The notes under the pieces are model-generated. The model made no database searches and had not been told where the DNA came from. It was given only the letters and a program-made list of their open reading frames with translations. A stretch of DNA of 64,000 nucleotides from Acidimicrobiales bacterium (lineage in GTDB: Bacteria; Actinomycetota; Acidimicrobiia; Acidimicrobiales; Bin134): the NCBI GenBank assembly GCA_965116535.1, contig OZ220703.1, positions 1,153,545 through 1,217,544 on the forward strand. Reading direction: 5' to 3'. A program made the position numbers and the translations under genes. Shown here piece after piece: positions 40,687 to 48,780 of this stretch (its first letter is position 1; the number at the start of each line of letters is the position of its first letter).

Positions 40687-41590
40687 GGATTCATGGTATG
40701 ACCCTGCGGTGGAATTTGTTGCGCTGGCCGGCGGGTCGTTCCTCATGGGCACCGACGAAGTGTGGTTCGAGGGCGACGGCGAGGGGCCGGTGCGGGAGGT
40801 GGTGCTGAGTCCCTACCAGATCGCGGCCACCGCGGTGACCAACGACGAATTCGCGGCCTTTGCGGAGGCCACCGGGCATGTGACCATCGCCGAGCGGGAG
40901 GGCTGGACGTTCGTGTTCGGCGGGCTGCTGCCCGACGACTTCCAGCCCACGCGGGGGGTGGTGGGCGCCGAGTGGTGGCGGCAGGTGGAGGGGGCGTGCT
41001 GGTCTCGCCCCGAGGGCCCGCAGTCGTCGGTGGATGACCGGGGCAACCATCCGGTGGTGCATGTGTCGTGGTTCGACGCCGCGGCCTGCGCGGCCTGGTA
41101 CGGGGCCCGATTGCCCACCGAGGCCGAGTGGGAGCACGCCGCTCGGGGCGGGCTGGTTCAGGCCCGGTTGCCGTGGGGCGACGAGATGAGCCCCGACGGC
41201 AACCCTCGCCTGAACATCTGGGAGGGGGAGTTCCCCAGCCACAACACCGCCGAGGACGGCTATGTGGGCACCGCCCCGGTGGACGAGTACGAGCCCAACG
41301 GGCTCGGGCTCTACAACTGCTCGGGCAACGTGTGGGAGTGGTGCGCCGACTGGTTCGACAACCGGTTCCCCCCGGAGCGGCCCCTGGTCGATCCGGCGGG
41401 GCCGCCAGAGGGTCGGGTAAAGGCCATCCGTGGCGGGTCGTACTTGTGCCACGATTCCTACTGCAACCGCTACCGGGTGGCGGCCCGCCACGCCAACGAC
41501 CCCACCTCCACCACCGGGAACATGGGATTCCGGCTGGCCGCCGAAACTGAGGCTGAAGTGGGTCCCGGAGCCGGCTCCAAGATGCGCTGA
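40685..41590 (+). CDS. Formylglycine-generating enzyme (SUMF1/FGE) family protein
   Basis: Motifs HPVVHVSWFDAAACAAWYGARLPTEAEWEHAARGG, GNVWEWCADWF, RGGSYLC and GFRLA. The start could be ATG 40685 or GTG 40709. Confidence 0.8.
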   Translation: MDSWYDPAVEFVALAGGSFLMGTDEVWFEGDGEGPVREVVLSPYQIAATAVTNDEFAAFAEATGHVTIAEREGWTFVFGGLLPDDFQPTRGVVGAEWWRQVEGACWSRPEGPQSSVDDRGNHPVVHVSWFDAAACAAWYGARLPTEAEWEHAARGGLVQARLPWGDEMSPDGNPRLNIWEGEFPSHNTAEDGYVGTAPVDEYEPNGLGLYNCSGNVWEWCADWFDNRFPPERPLVDPAGPPEGRVKAIRGGSYLCHDSYCNRYRVAARHANDPTSTTGNMGFRLAAETEAEVGPGAGSKMR

Positions 41591-41618
41591 GCGAAGGCGG
41601 CTCGGTAACGTCACCGCC

Positions 41619-42752
41619 ATGAAGTTGGACTTGTTGTACGAAGTGGACGCCCCCAAGCCGTGGGGAAAGCCCCATCCCTGGGGCCAAAGGGAGCGGGAGC
41701 AGAAGGCCTACAAGGATGCCGTTGAGCAGATCAAGCTGGCCGACACGTTTGGGTTCAACACCATCTGGGCGGTGGAGCACCACTTCCGGGAGGGACGCTC
41801 GCACTGCCCCGCATCCGAGGTGTTTCTCGGCGCGCTGTCGATGGTGACCGAGAACATCAAGATGGGCTTCGGGGTGACCTTGACCCCATTCGGGTTCATC
41901 CCGCCCCAGCGGATCGCCGAGAAGGTGGCCACCGTCGACATCCTGTCCAACGGACGGGCGGTGTGGGGCACCGGCCGGTCCACCCCGATGGAGCAGATCG
42001 CCTTCGGCGTCGACCGGGAGCGGTCCCGCGACGACTGGCAAGAGGCCATCGAGATCGTGTGCGGCATGTGGCGGGAGGAGTACTTCGAGTACGACTCGCC
42101 CCGCTTCAAGTTCCCCAAGCGGATGGTGACTCCCAAGCCGATGCAGTACCCCCACCCGCCGGCGTGGATGGCGTGCGCCTCGGAGAACTCCGCCGCGGTG
42201 GCCGGCAAGGCGGGCATGGGCATGCTGTCGTTCTCGATCATGCAGCCGCTGGAGGCCATGGGTCGGCACATCCGCAACTATCGGGCCGCGGCGGAAAACC
42301 CTGAGCCCATCACCGATGTGACCACCAACGCCACCGCGGCCTACACCCTGGTGCACTGTGCCGACACCCCCCAGCAGGTGCAGGACAACGAGGTTTGGAA
42401 GTCGGTGGAGTGGTGGTATACCAACCTGGCCCAGTTCACGTTGGACTGGGAGCTGCCCGAGCTGTCACAAGAGGAGCGGGATGCCACCTTCCCGCTGCTC
42501 AAGCCGCTCATGGAGGATGGGATCGACGATCTGATCCATGAGTTCGACGACGCCGACATGATCGTGGTGGGCGATGTGGACACCTGCTACGAGAAGATGA
42601 AGCACTACGCCGACCTCGGCGTCGACCAGCTCATCTGCTACGTGCAGTTCGGCTACCACTCCCATGAGTCGATCATGCGCACCATCGAGCTGATCGGCAA
42701 AGAGATCATCCCCGAACTAGAGAACTACACCCCCACCCTCAAAGACTCCTGA
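41619..42752 (+). CDS. LLM-class flavin-dependent oxidoreductase
   Basis: ATG 41619 gives MKLDLLYEVDAPKPW...FGFNTIWAVEHHF. The track ORF from 41430 is over-extended. Confidence 0.8.
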   Translation: MKLDLLYEVDAPKPWGKPHPWGQREREQKAYKDAVEQIKLADTFGFNTIWAVEHHFREGRSHCPASEVFLGALSMVTENIKMGFGVTLTPFGFIPPQRIAEKVATVDILSNGRAVWGTGRSTPMEQIAFGVDRERSRDDWQEAIEIVCGMWREEYFEYDSPRFKFPKRMVTPKPMQYPHPPAWMACASENSAAVAGKAGMGMLSFSIMQPLEAMGRHIRNYRAAAENPEPITDVTTNATAAYTLVHCADTPQQVQDNEVWKSVEWWYTNLAQFTLDWELPELSQEERDATFPLLKPLMEDGIDDLIHEFDDADMIVVGDVDTCYEKMKHYADLGVDQLICYVQFGYHSHESIMRTIELIGKEIIPELENYTPTLKDS

Positions 42753-42770
42753 GTTCGGGCTAGCCGTTGC

Positions 42771-42831
42771 GGAAGAAAAAGAAAATAGTGAAGCAAGTGA
42801 AAACAGGGAAGAAAAAGAAAATAGTGAAGCA
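42771..42831 (+). repeat. Two perfect 25-bp purine-rich direct repeats (GGAAGAAAAAGAAAATAGTGAAGCA)
   Basis: Copies at 42771-42795 and 42807-42831, separated by 11 bp. They sit at the left island border, upstream of the ATPase gene. Confidence 0.85.
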
Positions 42832-42849
42832 TTGAGATAGGCTGCGGGG

Positions 42850-44088
42850 GTGGAAGGAGAACGACCCCGCTACTTTCCCGATGAGGGAGATGTCCCGGAT
42901 TCACAGCCATTCACTCCAGGGTTTGGTAGTACGCCTCCATGTTTGGTGGGGAGAGATGAGCTGATCCGAGACGTATGTGCCCTGCTGGCAGGCGATCCCG
43001 CTAGCGAGGGAGGGGCCAATGTACTGCTGGCGCCGCGGGGTTTGGGCAAGACGGTTGTGTTGAACGAGATCGAGGACGCTGCCCAAAAGGAGCGGGGCTG
43101 GCTGGTTCTGTCAGTCTCAGGCACCGACGGCGACCCGATTGCTGAAACGCATAAGGCAGTTCTTCGAGCGCACGACCTGTTCGCGCAAGCTCACGGTGAA
43201 CCCGCCAAACGACAGGTGTCTGGAATGAACCTGGGAGCAGGAGGCTTGTCGGCCGGAGTCTCATTCGAGGAAGAGGCCGATCTGAGGCGAACGGGATATG
43301 GAGACGACCTTCGACGCGACCTTGGGGAGCTTGCGGGCGCAGCTGCCCGATTCGGTGTCCGGGTACTGCTCACCATGGATGAGATGCATGCGATACCGCT
43401 GGCTAAAGCCCGACAGCTTGGCTCGTACATTCAGCACATCGCCAAGCGGGAACGGCAGGCACTGGTGTTCGTGGGGGCGGCACTGCCGTATATCACCGAA
43501 ACGCTACTGGCCGACCGGAAGTCGACATTCTTGCAGCGCCTTGCTGTCCACAGAGTCGACCCCCTGCCTGAACCCGAGACAAGACGCGGACTTCGAGAGC
43601 CGATTGAGACGCACGGGGGCCTCATCGGCGAAGATGCTCTGGACATTGCCACCTCAGCTGTGGCTGGCCATCCGTACATGCTTCAGTTGGTGGGAGACAG
43701 GATGTGGCGCGCGGCAGGCGGTGCGGGCAACCCAATCTCTCTCAACCATGCCAAAAAGGCAGTGGCCGAGGCTAGAGAGTCGCTGGAAGATCACTTGTTT
43801 GCCCCGACATGGGAGAGCCTGTCGGACACCGACAAGCGTTTCCTGGCTGCCTTGGCAGTTCTTGCCAAAAAAGGCAATTCGCCTCGGGTCGCTGCAATAT
43901 GCGAAGAGGCTGGAATAGGTGAATCCAGCGCCAGTGCCTATCGCAGACGGCTGTTGCTGTCGGGAATGGTCAGCCCCGGCGGGCGAGGCCGGCTGAAGCT
44001 GGCCCACCCGTCTATCGGTCCCTGGCTGCGCCGATCAATCGCAACAGGTTCAGTGCGCGTCCCCGAATCTCCCTTACCTGGGATCTGA
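42850..44088 (+). CDS. AAA+ (ORC/Cdc6- or archaeal-ATPase-like) ATP-binding protein with C-terminal wHTH
   Basis: 412 aa. PFTPGFG...LVGRDELI lead-in, Walker A APRGLGKT, Walker B LLTMDEMH. C-terminal DKRFLAALAVL...RVAAICEEAGIGESSASAYRRRLLLSGMV resembles a winged helix. Confidence 0.7.
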   Translation: MEGERPRYFPDEGDVPDSQPFTPGFGSTPPCLVGRDELIRDVCALLAGDPASEGGANVLLAPRGLGKTVVLNEIEDAAQKERGWLVLSVSGTDGDPIAETHKAVLRAHDLFAQAHGEPAKRQVSGMNLGAGGLSAGVSFEEEADLRRTGYGDDLRRDLGELAGAAARFGVRVLLTMDEMHAIPLAKARQLGSYIQHIAKRERQALVFVGAALPYITETLLADRKSTFLQRLAVHRVDPLPEPETRRGLREPIETHGGLIGEDALDIATSAVAGHPYMLQLVGDRMWRAAGGAGNPISLNHAKKAVAEARESLEDHLFAPTWESLSDTDKRFLAALAVLAKKGNSPRVAAICEEAGIGESSASAYRRRLLLSGMVSPGGRGRLKLAHPSIGPWLRRSIATGSVRVPESPLPGI

Positions 44089-44200
44089 CATGTCAGCCGG
44101 TCAGGTATTCCGGACAACATCCCGCAACATTCAAACTCCCAGAACCCGACGTACCAGCTACGACGCGTAGAGCCGAAAAGGCAGGCCCCGATCACAATCT

Positions 44201-44231
44201 CGTTGCGCTGCACAATACGCAACGTGTTTTC
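44201..44231 (+). terminator. Weak hairpin plus T-run downstream of the ATPase gene
   Basis: CGTTGCG-ctgcacaata-CGCAACG followed by TGTTTTC. The stem is only 7 bp. Confidence 0.25.
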
Positions 44232-45029
44232 GACGGCCAGCGCTCTACCAGGGCGATGGCCGGATGCAACCAGGCAGAAACTGTCACTGACCCCGGATAG
44301 GGTTCCCCGACATGGACATTTTCTACATAGCAAAGGCAGTCATGACTGGCATCGCGGTAGGCATAGGGGCCATGGGTTGGTGGCTCCTAGTTCCCGTCCT
44401 GTCCTTTCTCGGCATAGCGATTCTCAGAAACAGGTGACCCCAGTCGGCGGGAAATTCCCTCCCCAATTCGGTCTACAGCATCCTATATTCACATATAGAG
44501 AAGACCCCCCGGAGCTTCGTGCTCAGCACTCCACTCCAAGATCCTAGTGCCCCAAGCGTCAAGATCCCGAGTAAGTCACCTTGCCTCTGCAAGGCCCTCC
44601 CGTCTGCTGCCAGCTCGGGGCGCACATTTTCTAGCAGGGCCGTGAATCGGATTTCAAGCGCCTCTGATACAGTGCGCCCGATGTCAAGAGAACTGAATAT
44701 CACGCGGGCCAAAGCACATCTCGTGACTGCTGTTTACCGGGGTGTTGGCAACAACGTGGTAGCAGCAAGAACAGTGCTGAGCGACGCCAAAGTCAGACCT
44801 CCCGGCGACGCGGAGCAATGGCACGATTACGCCATGGCCAGGGCTGTCCAGCAGCACCAGGACTGGGAAGACAGAGAACTGGGTTTCAGAGCAGACCGAA
44901 TTTGACTTCTCGTAACTTGGCTCAGTCAGTAGCGGGGCCGCGCCACTCTCCCATATAAGTCCCACTGATTTAGTTCCAAAATGGCCAATACAAGGGGGCC
45001 AATTATCTGTAAGTAGAGAGACGCTTGAC

Positions 45030-46463
45030 CTAGGCGGTAATATTTCCAGTATAGGTAGACCAAGGTACATCCTCCACTCCATTGGTAGTCCGATTGTGGT
45101 ATTTTCCACTAAAGTTAAACATATTCAATAGAAGAAGCTCCAAATACCATAGCGCGGTACAGTAGGCCCCGTAAGTCACCTCAAACTCAGGTGGGTCCTC
45201 TTTTGGATGGACAATTCTATTTCTAACCCAGCTGACCATTTGCTGACACCCATTTACGTCAGATAGCTGTGTTTCTTTATCTTCCATATCCTTATACTCT
45301 GTAGGGAAATCTAAAGGAACTCTTGCGGTTGTCAAGATTTCTTCAATCTTGTCACCAGCAGAGACATCTTTGAACGATCTATTGCTCATTTTGCCAGTCG
45401 TTACAAGAGCCAGCCACGCCAGTGTCTCAAGAGCCGAATGAGCGACAACTAGACCGCTGTCTATGTACCCATTATTTGCATGCGAATATCTACCTATCAG
45501 AGTAGATATGGTATCTTTCATGTCTGGTTTAGTCCATTCAGAATGGAATCCATCAAACAGTTCAGATAAAGATTTAAATTGAAAATTGTCGTACCATGTC
45601 GGTCTATATATTGCTGGGTCAGTGTGAGTGAGGTCGTAATATATGATTGTCTTGGTGCCGTCATGAGATGTAGCAATTGGCAAGATTAATCCGACTCTCT
45701 GAGACCGAACAAATGTAAAAAACCAATATAAACAGTCCAACATGTCCTTGACTTCGTTGTAATCAAAGCTGGCACAATCCTTACGTCTGATCAGACCCAA
45801 GTGCGTGACTGTATACGAGCCGTCTTCCTTGGCGTGTTCCCATTCGATGTCATAGTTTTTTCTGTTGTCTATATATATTTCCCATCCATCTTGGGTATGG
45901 AGTTCAATACGCTTGGCGCAAATTTCGTTTCCTGTGTAGGTAATATTCGTATCTCCAATACTCAAAGGAAGATTCACCAGACTGAATTGAATCTCAATCA
46001 AGTCTTCAAGGTCTCTGAATTTTGCTGCGTTTGAATAAACTACTTCGAATTCAAATCTGTAGGGATTTGAAGTCGCAAAGAGAACTCGCTTGCTTTGAAT
46101 GACGTCTATGGGAAACCTATAGTCAGGTAACTGAAGTGTAAAGTCGTATGAGGAATTGATCTCAATCTGATATGTCTTGCTGTCATGAGTCGTGAATATT
46201 GCTTTTCGAAATGGCTTTGGTTTTAGATGAAGCTGTATCTTAACTTCACCCTCAATCTTAATCTCGTGTTTTGCTGACGAGTCTTGACCGCCAGAACTTA
46301 TGGCGCTGGCGACAAGAGTGGCGCGCCCTTCGTAGAGAATCGTGGGTTCGGTTGGAGTGGCAAATGGAAGAATCGGTTCATTTGCGCGGGGGAGATTATC
46401 GATTGCATCCACAGCAAATAGAATATCAATGAGACGGAGCGGAGTAACAAGCAGAGGATTCAA
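45030..46463 (-). CDS. HEPN-domain protein, ApeA-like (candidate abortive-infection RNase)
   Basis: The strongly AT-rich part of track ORF 45030..47216. It has a beta-rich N-terminal region and a helical C-terminus carrying WVRNRIVHP, an Rx4H HEPN motif of the RNxxxH type. There is no in-frame ATG in the first half. The candidate starts are TTG 46463 or GTG 46412, and a TAA lies just upstream in the pre-IS sequence. Confidence 0.6.
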   Translation of the reverse strand: MNPLLVTPLRLIDILFAVDAIDNLPRANEPILPFATPTEPTILYEGRATLVASAISSGGQDSSAKHEIKIEGEVKIQLHLKPKPFRKAIFTTHDSKTYQIEINSSYDFTLQLPDYRFPIDVIQSKRVLFATSNPYRFEFEVVYSNAAKFRDLEDLIEIQFSLVNLPLSIGDTNITYTGNEICAKRIELHTQDGWEIYIDNRKNYDIEWEHAKEDGSYTVTHLGLIRRKDCASFDYNEVKDMLDCLYWFFTFVRSQRVGLILPIATSHDGTKTIIYYDLTHTDPAIYRPTWYDNFQFKSLSELFDGFHSEWTKPDMKDTISTLIGRYSHANNGYIDSGLVVAHSALETLAWLALVTTGKMSNRSFKDVSAGDKIEEILTTARVPLDFPTEYKDMEDKETQLSDVNGCQQMVSWVRNRIVHPKEDPPEFEVTYGAYCTALWYLELLLLNMFNFSGKYHNRTTNGVEDVPWSTYTGNITA

Positions 46464-46486
46464 TCTTGTGAGTGGGGTAGGGTGCG

Positions 46487-47446
46487 CTAGTTGTAGGACC
46501 CATAGAGGTTGTGTACGCGTGATGCGGGTGTGCCGTTGATGGCGGTGTGGTGGCGGTGGAGATTGTAGTGGTGGACCCAGGTTTGGAGTCGGCGCCGGCG
46601 GTCGGGCTCTGATCTGAACTTGTAGGCGTATAGGAACTCGTCTGCGAGGGTGCGGTTGAAGCGCTCTGCTTTGCCGTTGGTCTGGGGCCGGTACGGCCTG
46701 GTGAAGGTGTGGGCTATGGCGTGCCGGGCGAGCTGGGCGGCGAATTTGCGGGATCTGAAGTTGGCCCCGTTGTCGGAGATGACTTCGTCGACGGCGATCC
46801 CGATGGAGCGGAACCAGCAGCGGGCCCGCTCGAAGAACCCGCACAGGGTTTCGGCGGTCTCGTCGTCGAGGGCCTCGACGTAGGCCAGGCGGCTGTGGTC
46901 GTCTACGGCGACGTGCAGGTAGCTGTAGCCCACCCTGGGACGGCGCTTGGTCCCCCGAGAAGCCGTGTCGGCGCGCCCGTGGGCCCTCCACCCGCCGCCG
47001 GGCGGGATCTTGCCCGCCTTCTTGACGTCCAAATGGACCAGATCGCCCGGCTCGGGCCGCTCGTAGCGGCGTATCACCCTCCCGGTGGGCCGGTCCAGCC
47101 AGCTGAGCCGGTTCAGCCCGTTTCGCACCAGGATCCGGTGCACCGTGGACGCCGGCACCCCCAACCGGGCCGCGATGCGCGCCGGCCCCAGCCGGGAGGC
47201 GCGCCGCAACCGGCACACCCGCTCCTCAGTCTTGGAGTCGGTGCGGCGCGGCGACCGGTGCGGCCTCGACGACCGGTCCACCAAACCAGCCTCGCCGTGG
47301 GCCTGGAAGCGGTGCCACCACTTCGCCACCGTGGACCGCGACAAACCCATCTGCGCGGCCACATGGGCCTGGGGCATCCCGCCCTGGATCCGCTGGACAA
47401 CCAACAACCTCCCCAAAGGGGTCAGGCGTGCATTAGCGTGCGACAT
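46487..47446 (-). CDS. IS481-family transposase (HTH plus DDE/rve)
   Basis: MSHANARLTPLGRLLVVQRI... (HTH), HLDVKK, VAVDDHSRLAY, SDNGANFRS, RPYRPQTNGKAERFNRTL. The GGGAGG RBS lies 5 nt before the ATG. The stop TAG lies in the target duplication. Confidence 0.9.
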   Translation of the reverse strand: MSHANARLTPLGRLLVVQRIQGGMPQAHVAAQMGLSRSTVAKWWHRFQAHGEAGLVDRSSRPHRSPRRTDSKTEERVCRLRRASRLGPARIAARLGVPASTVHRILVRNGLNRLSWLDRPTGRVIRRYERPEPGDLVHLDVKKAGKIPPGGGWRAHGRADTASRGTKRRPRVGYSYLHVAVDDHSRLAYVEALDDETAETLCGFFERARCWFRSIGIAVDEVISDNGANFRSRKFAAQLARHAIAHTFTRPYRPQTNGKAERFNRTLADEFLYAYKFRSEPDRRRRLQTWVHHYNLHRHHTAINGTPASRVHNLYGSYN

Positions 47447-47554
47447 CGAGCCTCCCTTGCCTCGTGCGGTAGTTCGCAACCACCACACTGGCACCGGAGG
47501 CTCACCTCATAGAGGAACTACCCGCCCGAGCTAACAACCTCTATGGACAGAACA
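46492..47554 (-). mobile_element. IS481-family insertion sequence, copy 1 (1063 bp)
   Basis: Identical to copy 2. Imperfect terminal IRs TGTTCTGTCCATAGAGGTTGT and TGTAGGACCCATAGAGGTTGT. Flanked by the 6-bp direct repeat GCTAGT at 46486-46491 and 47555-47560. Confidence 0.9.
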
Positions 47555-47561
47555 GCTAGTT

Positions 47562-47581
47562 CTTAGGCCCTGTTGACAAAC
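47562..47581 (-). repeat. 20-bp motif, copy 1 (inverted orientation)
   Basis: The plus strand reads CTTAGGCCCTGTTGACAAAC, the reverse complement of GTTTGTCAACAGGGCCTAAG. It abuts the IS copy 1 target duplication. Confidence 0.8.
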
Positions 47582-47584
47582 AGG

Positions 47585-47863
47585 TCAGGACGCATCTTTG
47601 ATGCTCGATCTGTTCAGTATCCATTCCGTAGCGGTCTCTACAGCATCGTCAATGGACTTGTATCCGGCCATCTGATGGATGATGACATCGAATTGCTGTC
47701 CACGGGGCTTGCCCCGCTGCTCGGTGAAGTTGTGGACCTTGAACCCGTACCAAGTCTTCCCCATGTTGTGCCCCATATCGCATATCCATATGGCGATGCC
47801 GTAAGTGATCCCGCCATGCTCGATGTGCCTGTAGTCCAAGAATTGGTCAAACAACTGTCCCAC
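47585..47863 (-). CDS. Hypothetical protein (92 aa)
   Basis: GTG start. GC-rich third codon positions on the minus strand, compared with roughly even on the overlapping plus ORF 47573..47974. No family recognised. Confidence 0.5.
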   Translation of the reverse strand: MGQLFDQFLDYRHIEHGGITYGIAIWICDMGHNMGKTWYGFKVHNFTEQRGKPRGQQFDVIIHQMAGYKSIDDAVETATEWILNRSSIKDAS

Positions 47864-47900
47864 TACGTCTCCAAACTCGTAACAGAGCCTATAGCGCTAA

Positions 47901-48287
47901 CTAAATGGCCTGTTCTGGCTGGTCAGAACGCCGCTCTCGTGCCGCCGCGAGTGCCTCTTCACGCTCGCGCCTGAAACGGTTTCTGCGATCTCGAAGCAGT
48001 CCATTGAGATCGAATCCGTCGATTTGAGCACCGACCTTCAGGTTCAGCCACCACACCTGGCGTATCAGGATTTCCAACAGGCATTCGGTACACCGATTCC
48101 CGCCGTCCGTGTCAGGGCAGTCGTGGAGGTGCTGGCCACCGCCGCGGTCATAGTCCCCGCGGCTGCGTGACTCTATGTTGAAGCGCAGTAACTCTTCGAA
48201 TTCTTCATCGCAATCTTCGTAGTTCATTGCCCCTGATTTTACCGCCTGTCTGCGACAACGGAGGACCGTAACCCTGTGGTATTGCAC
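47901..48287 (-). CDS. Hypothetical protein (108-128 aa; HxC...CxxC cluster)
   Basis: Coding-like. The start is GTG 48287 (AGGAGG sits immediately upstream, but the spacing is very short) or ATG 48227 (MNYEDCDEEFEELL). Contains HLHDCPDTDGGNRCTEC and a basic C-terminal helix. Confidence 0.5.
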   Translation of the reverse strand: MQYHRVTVLRCRRQAVKSGAMNYEDCDEEFEELLRFNIESRSRGDYDRGGGQHLHDCPDTDGGNRCTECLLEILIRQVWWLNLKVGAQIDGFDLNGLLRDRRNRFRREREEALAAARERRSDQPEQAI

Positions 48288-48457
48288 TCCTCCTGTCAGA
48301 TGTCTCTTGCAATAGAAGTGCCATCAGACGACCTATGAGGTTCAAAGCCCCTGGACCTCTGCTGCAAGAGAAACCCCAGGTAGGAGTGTCACGGAGGTCC
48401 AGGGACCGAGGTCTATGTCTCTAAAGGCAGCCTGATGGCGTGCCTGTGATTACTAGC

Positions 48458-48485
48458 TTGTAATTTGTTCCCCATAGGGTAGAAT
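48458..48485 (+). promoter_or_regulatory. Putative sigma-70-type promoter for the 73-aa gene
   Basis: TTGTAA (48458-48463), a 16-nt spacer, then TAGAAT (48480-48485). Confidence 0.35.
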
Positions 48486-48553
48486 CAGCGCGGGCCCCGG
48501 CTGTCAGGACCGGGGCCCGCTGTACACGGCACCCAATAGTAAGGAGTGATGCC

Positions 48554-48775
48554 ATGCAAAAATCCGATGTGACGACGCGCCCTCCGGAGCACGGGTTCAG
48601 CGACCCGAGCATCCCGTACTTCGAGGACATAGTCGAGGAGTTCCTGAAAGACGCACTCAGCCATCACAGAGTGCGCGAAAACCATCCGAGGCAGACCAGG
48701 GGCTTGGACAGGGAGCACTTGGACGTGTTCATCTGGCTCGGAGCACCTGACTACCTGAGAGGACGCGGCCTGTAG
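48554..48775 (+). CDS. Hypothetical protein (73 aa)
   Basis: ATG preceded by AAGGAG (48541-48546) at 7-nt spacing. Acidic and helical sequence (IPYFEDIVEEFLKDALSHH). No family recognised. Confidence 0.55.
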   Translation: MQKSDVTTRPPEHGFSDPSIPYFEDIVEEFLKDALSHHRVRENHPRQTRGLDREHLDVFIWLGAPDYLRGRGL

Positions 48776-48780
48776 ACAGA

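Noticed and set aside
40743-42356. 537-aa minus-strand ORF, and similar long Arg/Pro/Gly-rich ORFs (for example 6875-7897, 22217-23215, 23098-23988, 25413-26750, 27362-28339, 39312-40100, 63035-63958)
   Set aside because: These are shadow frames opposite or offset to well-supported genes, as expected in very GC-rich DNA. Their composition is Arg/Pro/Gly dominated and they contain no recognisable motifs.
42771-42831. A possible CRISPR-like array
   Set aside because: There are only two repeat units, the spacer is 11 bp, the sequence is purine-rich and non-palindromic, and no cas genes are present.
42753-42850. A tRNA, tmRNA or att site marking the island junctions (also 54020-54225 and 55282-55360)
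   Set aside because: Reading both strands gave no cloverleaf-compatible sequence and no integrase gene nearby. Only the weak purine-rich similarity was noted, and it is reported separately.
45030-47216. 728-aa minus-strand ORF in the supplied track
   Set aside because: It is a chimera. The first ~240 codons are an alternative frame running through IS481 copy 1 (Arg/Pro-rich, antisense-like). Only the AT-rich part downstream of the IS end (46491) looks like a real gene, and the pre-insertion sequence has a TAA just upstream of it.
47562-47600. The TTGACA inside the 20-bp motif as a functional -35 box
   Set aside because: No acceptable -10 hexamer is found 16-18 nt downstream for any of the three copies. 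The idea is retained only as an option within the repeat finding.
47573-47974. 133-aa plus-strand ORF
   Set aside because: The opposite strand has clearly GC-enriched third codon positions and two tidy ORFs. This frame has roughly even third positions and a Pro/Leu/Val-rich antisense look.
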